Below, piece by piece: positions 25,270 through 39,060 of a DNA stretch of 64,000 nt. The stretch is from the human T2T-CHM13v2.0 reference genome, Homo sapiens: assembly GCF_009914755.1 (NCBI RefSeq), contig NC_060941.1; one strand, 5' to 3'. Under the pieces are notes generated by a model. It worked only from the letters and a program-made list of their open reading frames with translations. It was not told the origin of the DNA and made no database searches. Numbering within the stretch: position 1 is the stretch's first letter; the number at the start of each line of letters is the position of its first letter. A program made the translations under genes and the position numbers.

Positions 25270-27660
25270 ACATATAAAATGCTCATTGATTGAACACCTG
25301 TTGTATGTTGGGCATCATGCAAAAAGTCGCAATAGGCTCCTGCCCTTACAGGGGTCATAGAGAAGAAGACAGACACAGAGAAGTAAACCAGCAAACAATA
25401 ACAAAGGATTGTACATTTAGATTTTCCAGGTTATGATATGAGAATTTAGAGGTAGAAGCCACAGACTTCTCCTAGAAAACTTAGGAAGCCCTTCACAAAA
25501 AGAGAACATCTGTTTGGATCTTGAAGGGTGAAAAGGAGCTGAGCAGATAGAAATAAATAGGAAGGAGATTTCAGCCATTGAAACAAAATGCCACAGGGCC
25601 CCCATGGTATGACAAAAAGTGTTGCCTGGTTGAAGCATAGGTTCTGAATCTGTTGGAATGAAGACGGAAAGGTGGGTTAGTGCCACAGTATGAAGAATTT
25701 GTACTGTGCTTAGTATCCTACACTTAGGATTTTGAACTTTATCTTGTAGGCAATAGGCATTATGTAAAGGTTGCTGAACAGGCATGTGACATGACTAGAT
25801 TTTGGAAGGATACTGTAGTTTTTGAGGGAAGGCTCATCATGGTTATCATTGCCACTTACTAAGTATTAGGTAATGTGCTGAGTGCTTTGCATGCATTATT
25901 TCATACAGTTCTTACAACAACCTTATGATGATGTATGCAATGATATTATCCTTGCCCTTTGACAGACGAGGAACCTGCAGCATAGAGAGGCTAAGTAGCT
26001 AGTGGGTGAGTAGCTGGCATTTGAAGCCAAGCAGTATGGCTTCAGACTCCATGGTCTTAATCACTGTGCCAGATTCCCTCTTGCTTTAGGGGTATTGTCT
26101 GACTACAGTGCAGAAGACCCTCAAGATTAGTTGAGTGTAAGATTGGTAGGAAGGATGAGGCCAGGTCATTGAAGGTCTTGGGACCACAAGGGGAGTTGAG
26201 TTTAGAGCTATTTTCTTAATCAAAAGACTATGCTGTAGAAAGGAGGAAACTTGAAGACAAGGACAATAATTAGGAAACTATTTGGGTGTTCTAGGGGAGT
26301 GAGGAGTGTCTTAGAAGATATCATAGTTTTGTGGGAATAGAGAAGTGGGAGTTACCAGAGATTTCTTATCACATCATTCAGTTTTTAGGGACCACCATCT
26401 GGGTGGTACAGCAGTTTCCACAATAAAATTAATATTTTTGTTTTTAAGGTAATGGGAACACTAATCCTCTGCTAACACTTTTCATGGATTGGATGTATAC
26501 CATGTGTCAGGCATGGTGCTAAGTATTATTGTGCATCTTCTTCCTTACATCTTACAACCCTTTAAGATCACTATTGGGTACACTATTACTGTACCCATTT
26601 CCCAGATGATGAAACCAAGAATAAGGATATTAAGTAATGATTCTAAAGTCACACTACTAGTGAACGATGGCTCACCTAATAGCAATAGTTTGCACAAAAT
26701 CGATATTTTTGTGGAATTAAATTTTATATAATTGTAGATTATGCTCATGTATTTTTTAAATTTATTAATGCCCTCAACAAAATGTCTAAGACTATGCTAG
26801 GTGCTAAGCATAGAGCAATAAACAGGTCAGATAAGGTCCTTGTTGTCAAGTGGGAGAGACAGACAATAAGAAAACTAACAAATGAATAAATAAGAACTCC
26901 AGAGAAGTGCCAGGGAGTGTATTACCTTAGTTAGAGTGGTCAGAGTGGCTGGACTATAGTGAAGACAAGGAGCGTAATAGGAAATGAGGTTACAGAAGGT
27001 GGCAGGTGGCAGGCCGTGTAGGATTTTGAAGGAGTATAATAGGAAATAAGGTTACAGAAGGTGGCAGGTGGCAGGTGGCAGGCCGTGTAGGATTTTGAAG
27101 GAGTATAATAGGAAATAAGGTTACAGAAGGTGGCAGGTGGCAGGCCGTGTAGGATTTTGAAGGAGTATAATAGGAAATAAGGTTACAGAAGGTGGCAGGT
27201 GGCAGGCCATGTAGAATTTTTTAGTTGTTCTACACAGTTTAGATTTTACTCTAAGGGTGTTGAAATCCACTGGATGACTTAAAGAAGGGAGTGATAACAT
27301 TTTCCTTATGTTCAAAGGAAAATGAACTACAGCAGAGCAAAGTGGAAACTGGCACGACTAGAAAGTGTGAGGATAGACAGTTGATGCTAGTTTTTGATGA
27401 ACTGTTAAGAAGTGGTAGAGTTTGGAAGCCCTTTTGAAAGTGGAGATGATAGGTCATGCTGATTGAGAGGATGTGTGGAGCCAAGGATCATGTCTAGGTG
27501 TCAGATTTACTCGTAGAAACAGCTGCTGTCTGGGGTGATAGGAAAGGGATTGGAGATGAGTTTAGTTTGGGACCTACAGACAAAGCATCCTGAAGCCGTG
27601 AGAGGGAGCAGAGCTGGACGTGCAGATTTGGGAGGCTCCAACATACAGGAAAAATTTTGC
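25270..27660. mobile_element. Cluster of decayed L2 and MIR fragments
   Basis: ggattttgaactttatcttgtaggcaatagg, gagtttagtttggga, gtgctttgcatgcattatttcat, gaggaacctgcagcatagagagg. Confidence 0.65.
26975..27220. repeat. 62-bp minisatellite, about 3.9 copies, with nested GGTGGCA repeat
   Basis: Units start at 26975, 27037, 27106 and 27168 (62, 69 and 62 bp). Confidence 0.95.
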
Positions 27661-30600
27661 TTACAATGATGTGCCTGGACTGAGAACGAGATAGTCACTT
27701 TTATGTGCGTTAGTCATGTTTTGCTGTGAGCCACTTTGTGCCTTACGAATATCCATCTCCCAACAACTCAGTGAATTTGTGGGTGGCTGTTGGGAAACAC
27801 CTTCCACAGTGTCACCTCCTGAGTCAGCAGGGATGTTAGGAAGCTTCACACCTTAGGGCCACTCAATTTTCCTAAAGCCTGTTGGAATTCTTCATCCCTT
27901 CACAAAAGCAGGATATAGAAACCTTTAAAGTTTGTCATCCTAATAAAAATGTCTAGTAAATAAAAACATTTGGTCTTCATTTCCTGAATTGCATGATCTT
28001 TGAAACTGCCAGTGCATTCCTTTATAGTATAGATTGAAAGAAAGAATGGCTGGTATCAAGGCTGCCATTGACATCAATTTATTCTTTGTTTACTTTGCTA
28101 TATGCTGAAAATTCATGCAAAGGATTCTGGGCTTGGGTTAAATGGTGAACTTTGGGAGTGTTTTCCAGTTGCATCAGATTTTTTTTTTTTCCAGTTTGTG
28201 GTTATAGTCAAGCCTGATATATCTCATCACCTTATTAGCTTGCACTGAAAATTACCCCCAAATTGAATTTCTTTTAAATGGAAGTAGTGGTGTTTTCCAC
28301 TTGAGGACATCTGATAGTCTCTATAATTGTCATCTGGCAACATGCAGGGCTGATCTCATAGCTTTCAGTCCCGTGGCACATGCAACATTCTTGCAAGTGA
28401 TTGCTTAGCCAGCTGGCTGGAAGTGTTACCTATTTTTCCTGGGAACCCTAGGCTTTCAGTTTAATTCTTATGTATTATTGTAGGCTGTGGAGTATACAGA
28501 TAGTAACAGATAATTCTTTATGATTAACTAATATATAAAAATATGTGTTAACTAAAATTAATATGTTTAGGAAAATAGACACTCCATAAAATTTGAGTAC
28601 CTACTATATGCCAGGCACTGGTAAAATAAAATTTTCAGCTGCCTACTATGTGAAGTATTGAGATATTTAAACTTACAATTATTCTAGAGTAAGCTTTGGA
28701 ATTTTCATCCTTGGAATTATTTTCTAACAATAGTTGTACTTTATAAATTTATTTTGAATCAGAGACTTTTTTCTCCATTGATTAGATAAATCTGACTACT
28801 GTATTGAATTGAATGACCACTGATTTTCCAAAGAGCTCCTGCAGTACTTGAAATTTTTTGAAGAGACTTAATTGTTATGTATTTAAATATTAGCTGACAC
28901 TATGGCTTTAAAATATACTTTGAGTTTTTAGCTTATTTTACTAAACATATAGTTGGCTATATGGTAAGGGCAAATTCTCATACAGAATTTTCTGTGTGAC
29001 AGATTTTTTTAAAAGTGCACTACACGTATCATGTCATTTAATTCTTACCACAGCCCTATGAGGTTGGTATTAAAGCTATCCTCTCTTTCATAGCTGAAGG
29101 AAACTGAGGCATAGAGTGGTTAAGTAAGTTGCTCAAAGTCAATAGCTGGTAAGTGATGGAATTAAAATCTGAACCAAGGCCACCTGACCCCAGAGTCTGC
29201 ATTCTTAGTCACTATACATTAGTTTATAATTTCTCTATTATTGATTATTGCATTTTTCAAGAGAAAATATATAACTTGGTTTATTTCAACCTATCTCTGT
29301 TGAGCACCTGCTGTTTGCTTTGTACTGTGCTAGGAGATTTAAGGCATTCAAGGACAAGCAGGACATGGTGTACTCTTAAATATCTGAGAATTTACTGGGA
29401 TTCGCAGGGTACACAGGGCTTGAATGCAAGGCAGAGGAGTAGGAAGGCATTCCAGCTATAGGGAACAGCAGCAGTAAATGCATAGAAGTGGAAAAGAACA
29501 AATGGTTGTTAGGAAGCCATGAATAGTGCGCTGTGTCTAGAGAACAATTGTGTGAGATAAAAGCAAGATGTAGAGTCTTGACCCCAGGATGAGGTGTTTG
29601 AACTTGAATTAAGTAGACCCATGGAGAACCACTGGTATATATTTTTCTAAGGCAGGAAGTTACCTCTTTAACTCCGTCATTTGTAAATATGGCTAATGTT
29701 ACTATCACATTGATAGGATGTTTAAAGAATAAATTAAAGAAAGCATTAAAATGTGCAATGCAGTGCCTGGAACATAGTAAGTCCTCAATAAATGATTCTA
29801 ATAGGTGTGATTGTTGTTACTAAATAAGCAGAGGGAGGCTGGAGCTTTTTTCTTCCCCGTCATTTTCAGGTATTCTTTCTCTCCGACGATAGGGAATCTA
29901 GGGCTAAATTTGGGAGTTTAGCTTTTAGGTTTCCCACGCCTGGAAAGCCTGCCTGTTGATAGTCTTCATTATAGTTTTTGTAACCAGTGAAGACCCCGCC
30001 TCCAAAAAGCAAACTGTGCCCCTCGACCTTGCTTTGCTGGAACCCTGTGAGATCACTGGTAAGCAGTGTGCACTCCTCATGTCCCCTCTACCACGTTGCC
30101 TTTTTCAGGAGGCAGTCATCACAAACGCCTAGCAGGATTTATTACTCAGAGGGGACTGAAGAAATGCTCTAGCTGCTTGAGCGTGACTTCTTCCTCATTC
30201 TTTCTTATTACTATCTGTGATTTACATGAAGTGACACAATTTATATTTTGATACAGTTAAAAATTTCCTCTGTAGAATAAGATGTATTGCAACAGCTTGT
30301 AATTATAGCCGGTCAGTTTTCCTGAGTGGAAATTTGACATCTGAGTCCATTGGGATGAAAAGAGCAGAAAGGAGGAAGATAACATGAGATAAACGTTCCC
30401 ACTAATATTGTGTGTTTTGATTTTCGAGAGTACACCACGCTCAGTGCTGGAGGTGAAGATTTGGAAGGCTCCAACATATAGATGAAAACTGTGCTTACTA
30501 TGAAGCGCTTGGACTGAGAATGAGATGACCATTTTTATGTGATCCATTTTATTCAAATGGAATACAACATCACCCTGAGCAATGCTCTTCCTATTTTTAA

Positions 30601-30985
30601 AGCTATTTTCCACACATGACTATCTGGCTCATGCTATCCTCTCCATAGCCAAAAGGGCTTTCTGCTCCTGAAGACATACACTTGAGTGGAGAAGAGGAAT
30701 AGAAAATAAAATTTCTGGAGCACCTACTATATGCCAGGCATATTACTATTAATAACCTTATTTGTTATTCACAGCAATACTGTGACATATTAGAACCCCC
30801 ATTTGATATAGAAGACAAAAACTGAGCTTCTGAGAAGACTTGTCTAAGGTCACAGTCAGTGAGTGAGTAGAGTTGGGATTTTAAACTCAGGTCTTCTGAT
30901 TCCTTTCTCATCCCACTCTCTGCCCCTTCCTACAGTTAAAAACATCTTCAGAGTGATTAAAGTGTCAACCTATACTCAAATACAA

Positions 30986-31328
30986 TAGCAGTCCCCATTC
31001 TTTTTGACACCAGGGACCGGTTTCATGGAGGACAATTTTTCCATGGACTGTGGGTGGGATGAAGGTGGGATGGTTTTGGGATGAAACTGTCCCACCTCAG
31101 ACAGATTCTCACAAGGAACGTGCAACCTTGATCCCTCGCACGTGCGGTTCACAATAGGCTTTGCGCTTCTGTGAGAATCTAATGCCACCGCCGATCTGCT
31201 GAGCTGACAGGAGGCAAAGCTCAGGTGGGAACACTTGCTCCTCGGCTGCTCACCTCCTGCCATGTGATCCAGTTCCTAACAGGCCAGGGACAGGTATCGC
31301 TCTGCAACCCGGGGCTTGGGGACCCCTG
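30986..31328. mobile_element. hAT-Charlie MITE (MER1B-like)
   Basis: TIR-like ends tagcagtcccc / ggggacccctg; caccagggaccggtttcatggaggacaatttttcc; about 340 bp. Confidence 0.85.
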
Positions 31329-33554
31329 AGAAACAACATAACAAGTTTGTTTTGCTTAGTACACGTTAACACACAAAACAAGTGTTTTGTATGACTTCTA
31401 GTCTCAGCTTCTGGTTCCCTCTAACTACTATCCCTGGCTTTTGTGCAGTTCTCTTTCTGTTTGGTCCCTTCTGATCACTAAACCAACAAGCGTTGGAGTA
31501 AAGGGCAAAAATGTTAACCTCAGAGTTTCCTGAATTCTATCTCTAGGATTCTATTGTTTTGTCTCCCTCAACCTCTCCTGAATAGAGAACGTTGAATTTC
31601 CTTCTGTTCAGAGTTTTTTGTGGCTGTTGCTGTCAACCTCTGCCATCTCTAACTCTTCTCAAACTTCCTCATGCTTCCTGGCTTCAGTTGCTCTGAAAAT
31701 CCTGAGTTCTTTCCCTTCTTCCTACCGTAAGGTTATCAGCCCACTAGGATCTTTTTTTTCCAGGGTCACAGGTGTCATCTTTTGAACAAGTCAGTACTGT
31801 CTTAGAGATAACATAATTGTAGTTCTTTACTCTGGCCCCATTTGGACCAAGATTTCTCTGATCCTTTTGGGAAAATATCTCGTTTGTTTCATTCATGCAA
31901 CTAAAATAAATAAGATATTAAAAAATTGAGAAAATAAAAGTCGAAATTTTGTATGTTAAATATTAACCCATTAAAAGCCAGGAATTTTGATTTTCATGTT
32001 GTGTATTCTACCACTCCTGTTTCTCTATCCCATATTTGTAATGCAAGAACAAAGAAGAAAAAAGAGAACGTGCTTAGAAATGAATAGGCCCAACATAGGC
32101 TCATAATAGTTGGTGCTTTGGATTAGTCTCTCTCAACCTCACAAAACAATTTTACTAAACTCTCAAATCTCCGGTCTTACCCAAGGCTTTCATGCTTTAG
32201 TTGATGTGATGATTCAACATTTTCTCCCTTCAAGTTTCTCAACATCCCTTTGTGTCTTTGAGCTTTTAAAACTAATTCTGTCTAATCGCACTTAACAGAA
32301 TAATCATGATGGAGAATAGGTTTCTTAAGTCAGAGTTATGATTCTGGGGATAAGTCAGTCATTAACAAAGGGCCGTCTGCAGTCAGGTCTCTGGGCACAT
32401 CCCACTTTTCATGGAAGGCCTTTGATAGAAAAGGTGGAACTTTCTTAACTACAGAGCTTAATGTTGTTGAGTAATCTTTCTAGTTTCTCAATTGGATTCT
32501 AACAGGTCTAAAATGCTGTAATTCTCTGACTGCCATCTCCAAAGCTCAGATATAATTTTTTTCTCATAATCCACTATGGTGATTAATGAAAGGGAGTAAG
32601 TGAACATTCTGTACAAATGGCTCACTAAATAATCTAATTTTTCAAAGGCAGTAAGAGTATAACAGTTAGGGTCCCGCAGAAGATGAGAACCAAACCCTTT
32701 CTTTTTCTATTGAATAAAATTCATAAGAATAATTTTTAAGCTGTTCACTAGGTAAAAAAAGAGGACCCTAAAATACCACAAATGTGGAAACTGCAGAAAG
32801 CCCTAGTTTTCCAGGGAAGCTTTAAAGGCCTAGCTTTAAATGCAGGAGGCAAGGAATTAAACCTTAGAGAGGGAGATGTCCTGTAGCGCTGAAACTGTTG
32901 TTTTAAGAGAGGACTGGTTGGTCCTGGTGACCCTGGAAAGGAGACAATGAAGCTGGTTCTTCAAGTGTTGAGAAAACTGCAAACTGAATTCGTGTGCTGC
33001 CATGGGCAGGATCTGCACCTGCTGGAGTGAGAAGTGTGACTTGGGGCGATTATCCTGGGATCTGCTTAGCATACAGGAAGTCCCAAATGGAGCAGAAGGA
33101 AGGAACAAATCCTGCCTTCCTATTCCAGCTTTGCAGTTTTCCTCTGTCACCCCCTAGTAGAAAAGCCTAACAGAACTGCGGTCAAAGCCACAGTGTGTTT
33201 TGCAGAGTACAGAAGGGAGGCCTTGAAGCCGAGAAATAGGAACATAATGGGCACAAAGAGGAACTTATTCTGAAGCCCACAGCTGCCCAAGGAGATATCC
33301 TTGGATCTACTGAATCTCCCAACACCAATCTTTACTTCCAATTCCTTAACTTCATGGTCTCATCATGAATTTTGGGGTCAGAGTTGGGTTTGTATTTCTG
33401 TTTTTTACTTATGAATAAACTATTGAACCGCCTTTAGGTTTGATTTCCTCATCTACAAAGGTAAGGTAACAGTATCTATTTTACAGGATTGATGTAAGTA
33501 TTCAATGAAATTAGGTTAATATGAAGCTTACTTAGCTTGGGGTATAACATACGG

Positions 33555-34042
33555 CAGTAGCCCCCAACCTTTTTGGCACGAGGGACTGGCTTCATGGAAG
33601 ACAATTTTTCCATGGACCAGGGAGGTGGGTAGGATGGTTCAGGATGATTCAAGGGCATTACATTTATTGTGCACCTTATTTCTATTATTATTATAGTGTA
33701 ATATATAATGTAATAATTATACAACTCACCATAATGTAGAATCAATGGGAGCCCTGAGCTTGTTTTCCTGCAACTAGATGGTCCCACCTGCGAGTGATAG
33801 GAGATAGTGACAGATCATCAGGCATTAGAGTCTCATAAGGAGCCCACAACCTAGATCCATCACATGCGCGGTTCACAATAGGGTTTGCGCTTCTATGAGA
33901 ATCTAATGCCACAGCTGATCTGACAGGAGACAGAGCTCAAGCAGTAATGCTTCTGGCCAGTGGCTCACCTCCTGCTGTGCTGCCTGGTTCCTAATAGGCC
34001 ACAACTGGTACCGGTCCACTGCCCAGGGGTTGGGGGCCCCTG
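33555..34042. mobile_element. hAT-Charlie MITE (MER1A-like)
   Basis: cagtagcccccaacctttttggcac...ggttgggggcccctg; longer internal part than the copy at 31 kb. Confidence 0.85.
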
Positions 34043-34353
34043 CCTTAATAGATTGCTCCTGTGCACATCCAGCCTTATAGTTTGGTGGGTAGATAACACC
34101 CAGCTAAGCATGAGAAGCTCAGGTTGCACAGTCATTCCATTTTTTCCAGTTCTTGCCCACTAGCAAGCCGGAAGTAGTTTATCAAAAGGACAGTAGTTAT
34201 TTTCAGAGGAGGGCATGGATTTTCTCCAAAACCTTATAAGTCTGACCTGTAATTCTTCTATTGATGCTTGCCAGAGGCTATATACGGTGAGCGTGTGTTT
34301 TCCATAGACACTTCAAATATGGTTGGATGTGCTGGATTATAAGGCTCAAATGA

Positions 34354-34650
<297 letters not shown>

Positions 34651-35692
34651 TAACACACTCAAATATGGCATATGTTGACCCCAAAATACAAAAATGCCCA
34701 CCAAGAGTTGTGCCTTTTTAGCTGAAGTTAGCTTAAAATACAGCAGTTTTTCTTTCACCTTGGAAAGGATATGTCAGTGTGTTCCAGACAATTTGACTTC
34801 AAGAAACTTCATTGAGGCTGTGAGCTTTTTAATTTTTGTAGAGTTTGTTTCTTGCCCTGGAGTTCATTAATGTTTTACCAAGTCCTCTAAGGTACTTGTT
34901 ACTTCCTGCTCATCAAATGTCACCAGCAAGATGTCATTGATGTAGTGGACTGTTATGATGTTGTATGGAAAGTCAAGATGATTAATAGCATGAGTATATT
35001 AGGACAGAGAGCAGGATAGTTGACATAGCCCTGAGGCAATGCTTGGAAGGTTACTGTTGGCCATGCCAGGTCAAAGAAAAGTACTTCTGGCTGCCCTGAT
35101 ACAGAGAAAAATGCATTTTCTTGTCAATAGCTGCATACCAGGTGCCAGGGGCTGTCTTAATTTGCTCCATTCAAGATACAACATTTGGGACATCATCTCC
35201 AGTTGAGGTCATCACCTGAATTCATTTAAAATAATAATACATAATTGTTCTGTTATACTCCAGGGTTTATCTGCTTTGTCTACGGGATAAACAAGCTCAA
35301 TGGGGAGATGGTAGGTATCACAACCCAGCTTTTTCCAAGTCTCTGATAATGGCACCCATCTTCAAAATTTTCCCATCAATATAGTATTATTTTTTATTTA
35401 CTATTCTTGTATCAAGGAAACTTCTGGGGGCTTCAACTTGGCCCTTTTTTACCAAATGAGCTTTATTCCTCAGTGCCAATGTGGGGATTCTGCCAGTTGT
35501 CAAACATGATTATTCCAATTATACATTCACAAATTGGGGAATTGTCCTGCAGGCCCACTGGGTCCACTGTGATTCAAACGTAGACCAAGATTCTAACTAT
35601 CATCTGGCCACCAAAAGTCACCACTTTTTTTTGGAGGACCAGTGGCATTTGGGTCTCTAGAAATTAGTGTCAACTTAGTGTCTAATAGTTCC

Positions 35693-36422
35693 TGTGATTG
35701 GCAGAATTTCAGCCTCCAAGGCCTCTGAGCCCTTGTGTCATGACCCAAGGTCATGTACCTTCAACCCTAGGGTCAGTAGCTGCTTCCTGTAGTTGCTACT
35801 TCCATGTTCAAATAATTGGCATGGATTTTGTCTCCTCACTAGATGCTGACTGATAGAAAAGTTGTTACCAGGAGTGGTCCTGGAAAGTAGACCTTCATAG
35901 ATGGGACTTGGGGATGTTATGTAGCATGTCTGCTACATAACAAAAGGGACATTTCAAATGTAATTAAGGTTACTAATCAGTGGACTTCAAGATAGTGACA
36001 ATAGCCTGAATTATCCAGGTGTGTCCAGTGTAATTATATGTGCCGTTAAAAGCGGAACATTTTTTTCCCAGCTGACAGCAGAAGAGGATATTGGAGAGGG
36101 AAGTGGGGGTAGGGTAGGAAATCAGAGATTCAAAGTATAACATGAACTTGACCTACCACTGCTGGTTTGAAGATGGAGGGGACTATATGAAAACATGAGA
36201 AAGAAATGAATCCTGCCAACAAAACAATTCCTGGAAGAAGACTGAGCCTCAGATGAGGACCAGCTGATACTTTGGTTTTATTCCTGTAAGACCAAGAGCA
36301 AAGAATCTCACCATGCCCTGCTGTACTCCTGACCCACAAAATCTGTGAGATAATACATTTGTGTTGTTTTAGGTTGCCAATTTTATGGTAATTTGTTAGA
36401 GGAGCATTTGGAAACTAATACA
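35693..36422 (+). mobile_element. MLT1-type MaLR LTR inserted in the ERV-L relic; carries a foreign 158-bp insert
   Basis: aaaagggac...gtaattaaggttactaatcag, ctggtttgaagatggagg, ctgtgagataatacatttgtgttgtttta, ending gaaactaataca. Confidence 0.8.
35758..35915 (+). repeat. Inverted duplicate of 39001-39158
   Basis: 156 of 158 identical to the reverse complement, no indels. Confidence 0.97.
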
Positions 36423-36582
36423 ATCCCCTGAATATCTGAGTATAGATATCAACCAACATTTTAATAGGCTTCCCCTTAATTTCATTCCAAGGATACCATA
36501 ATAAACTATCTACTGACAGATCCCTGTGGGTCAAAGCATTCTGGCTACCACTATATCTCTGTTTCTCTTTACAGTGAATGTA

Positions 36583-36807
36583 CAGTTGTCTCTCAGTGTA
36601 CTGGGTGGGGGGGATTGGTTCCAGGCCTCCTGCATATACAAAATCTGCACATATTCAAGTCTCACGCTCAGCCCTGTGGAGTGTTTATGAAAAGTTGGCC
36701 CTCCATATATGCAAGTTTTGCATCTTGAGAATACTGTATTTCAATCAGTGTTTGGTTGAAAAAAATCTGCGTGTAAGTGGACCCATGTAATTCAAACAGG
36801 CCAACTG
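36583..36807. mobile_element. TcMar-Tigger MITE (MER2-like, internally deleted)
   Basis: ta|cagttg ... caactg|ca termini; ggggattggttccagg; aaatctgcgtgtaagtggaccc. Confidence 0.8.
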
Positions 36808-37349
36808 CACTTACTTTTACTTTGGTAGTCAAGTTTTGTGACTTAGCTTCCAGTGCTCTGAGATCCTATTATCTCTACTGAAATCAAGGAGAGGGAGTAT
36901 CTCCACCATCATATCTAGGCTACTGCAAGAGTCCCCCATGAATATAAAATCCTTGAGTGAAGGCAGTTTTCTCTGGGACTTTTGGGAAGTTACTTGGTGC
37001 TGCGTATGTGTGCAGTGTAACATGATAAATCTTCTCCAAAATTCCTATCTCCTTAAGTCTTTGATTCCTTTCCTTTATGTTATGTCAAAAAAGTCCTGAC
37101 ATCTGAGCATCAGTAAACATAGGCCATGGTTGATTTCAAGTTTAAACAAACAAATCAAATAATTCTTTGTACAAAAAATTTACATCCAGAATCTTTAAGT
37201 GTAACCACGTCATTTAGGCATTCCATATAAGCAACTTCCCCAAGTGAGACTATAAGAGTGTCATATTCCATCTTCTTTGGTTTACTACCCCAAAAATACA
37301 CTTACACATATTCCTCAGGTTTCTGCTAATATATAATAATACAATAATG

Positions 37350-38195
37350 TTTTTTAAAAATACACTTTATTTCCAGAGTAGTTTTGAGTTCACAGCAAAA
37401 TCGAGCACACAGGTTTCCTATATACCCTGTTTTCACACATGTGTAGCTTCCCCCATTATCAGCATCCCCCACTAGAGTGATACATTTTTTACAACTGATA
37501 AATCTACATTGACACATAATCACCCAGAGTCCATAGTTTTCATTTGGGTTCACTTTTGTTGTTGTTCATTTTATGGGTTTGGATAAATACATAATTTGTA
37601 CCCACCTTATAGTATCATACAGAATAGTTCCACTGCGCTAAAATCCTTTTTTTGTTGTTCCTATTCCACCCCTTTTACCCCAACCCCTGGCAACCACTCA
37701 TTTTTTTAGTCTCCATAGTTTTACTTTTTTCAGAATGTCATATACTTGGAGTCATACAGTATTTAGCCTTTTCAAATGGCTTCTTTCATTTAGTCATATG
37801 CATTTAAATCTCATCTATGTCTTTTCATGACTTGATAACTCATTTCTTTTCAGTACTAAATAGTATTTCATTGTCTGGATGTACCACAGTTTATCCATTC
37901 TCCTACTGAAGGGCATCTTGATTGTTTTCAAGTTTGGGCAATTATGTATAAAGCTACTTTAAACATCCATATGCAGGTTTTTGAGTGGACATATGTTTTC
38001 AACTTTTTAAGGTATATACCAAGTTGTATGCTTGCCAGATTGTATGGTAAGAATATGTTTAGTTTTGTAAGAAAACATCAAACTGTCTTCCAAAGTGGCT
38101 GTACCATTTTCCATTCCCACCAGCAATGAATGAGAACTCCTGTTGCTCCATATTCTTGTCAGCATTTGGTGTTGTCAGTATTCTGGATTTTGGCC
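37350..38195 (-). mobile_element. L1M 3' region (antisense)
   Basis: caacccctggcaaccact, tgtctggatgtaccacagtttatcc, ccaaagtggctgtaccattt. Confidence 0.85.
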
Positions 38196-39060
38196 TATTG
38201 CATGTTTTTTCATGTATGAGCTATTTTTCCTGGATCATACATTGTATTTGCCCTATGGAGCATCTGAAATGTGATCAGAAATACAGGACTAGTAGGAAAA
38301 ATTTATAGTTATGGTGGCTATTCAGCACAATAGGCATTCCATATAAGTACATTTCCCAAGTGAGGTTATTAGAGGATTTTCCAGCAGTGGACAGCTGTTC
38401 TCATCAGACTCAGGAGGGAAATCTATTTTTACTGGTAGAGGAGGCTCAGAATGACTTGGAGATTCAAGATCTTCAGTCCCCTTTGAGTTCAGACAGAAAT
38501 CCTTATGCCAGGTTTCAATTCTAAAACTTCTTCTTTATCAATTCCCTAACTTTCACATGACAGTCTTGTTGAAGCTGTGAATTCAGCTTAACTTTCAATT
38601 ATGCAACTCACACAATTAAATTTAGTTAGTGTTTAATATGGGGCAGTATCAGTCCTGTGGCTATAACAAACAAGTTATTATTTTAGGGCTGCTGCTGAAT
38701 CTTTTCTGTATCTCTGATTATGACCTGACCTGAGATATTAAGGTCTTGAATTTGCCATTTTTCTTTCTGAAAGCACACAGTACACTCAGAAGACATCCTC
38801 CACAACAATGCTTATAATCATCATGACTGTCTTAATAGTCAAGAGCAGCAGCAACTTGAGCCCCCAAGCCACTTATTTCAATAGGTGCTTTATTTAAACA
38901 ACAAAAGTAATAATGGTGATGTTATTGCATGCAATGCATTTCATTTTTTATTGGCAAGGAGTTTAACACTGGGTTCAAGCTCAGGGACTTTACCAAAGCA
39001 ATCCCCAAGTCCCATCTATGAAGGTCTACTTTCCAGGGCCACTCCTGGTAACAACTTTTC

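Noticed and set aside
26975-27220. CRISPR-like array
   Set aside because: The units are fully repeated with no unique spacers, and the DNA is mammalian; it is a minisatellite.
30986-34042. Similarity between 31.0-31.3 kb and 33.55-34.04 kb as a local duplication
   Set aside because: Two independent MER1-family MITEs with different internal lengths and flanks.
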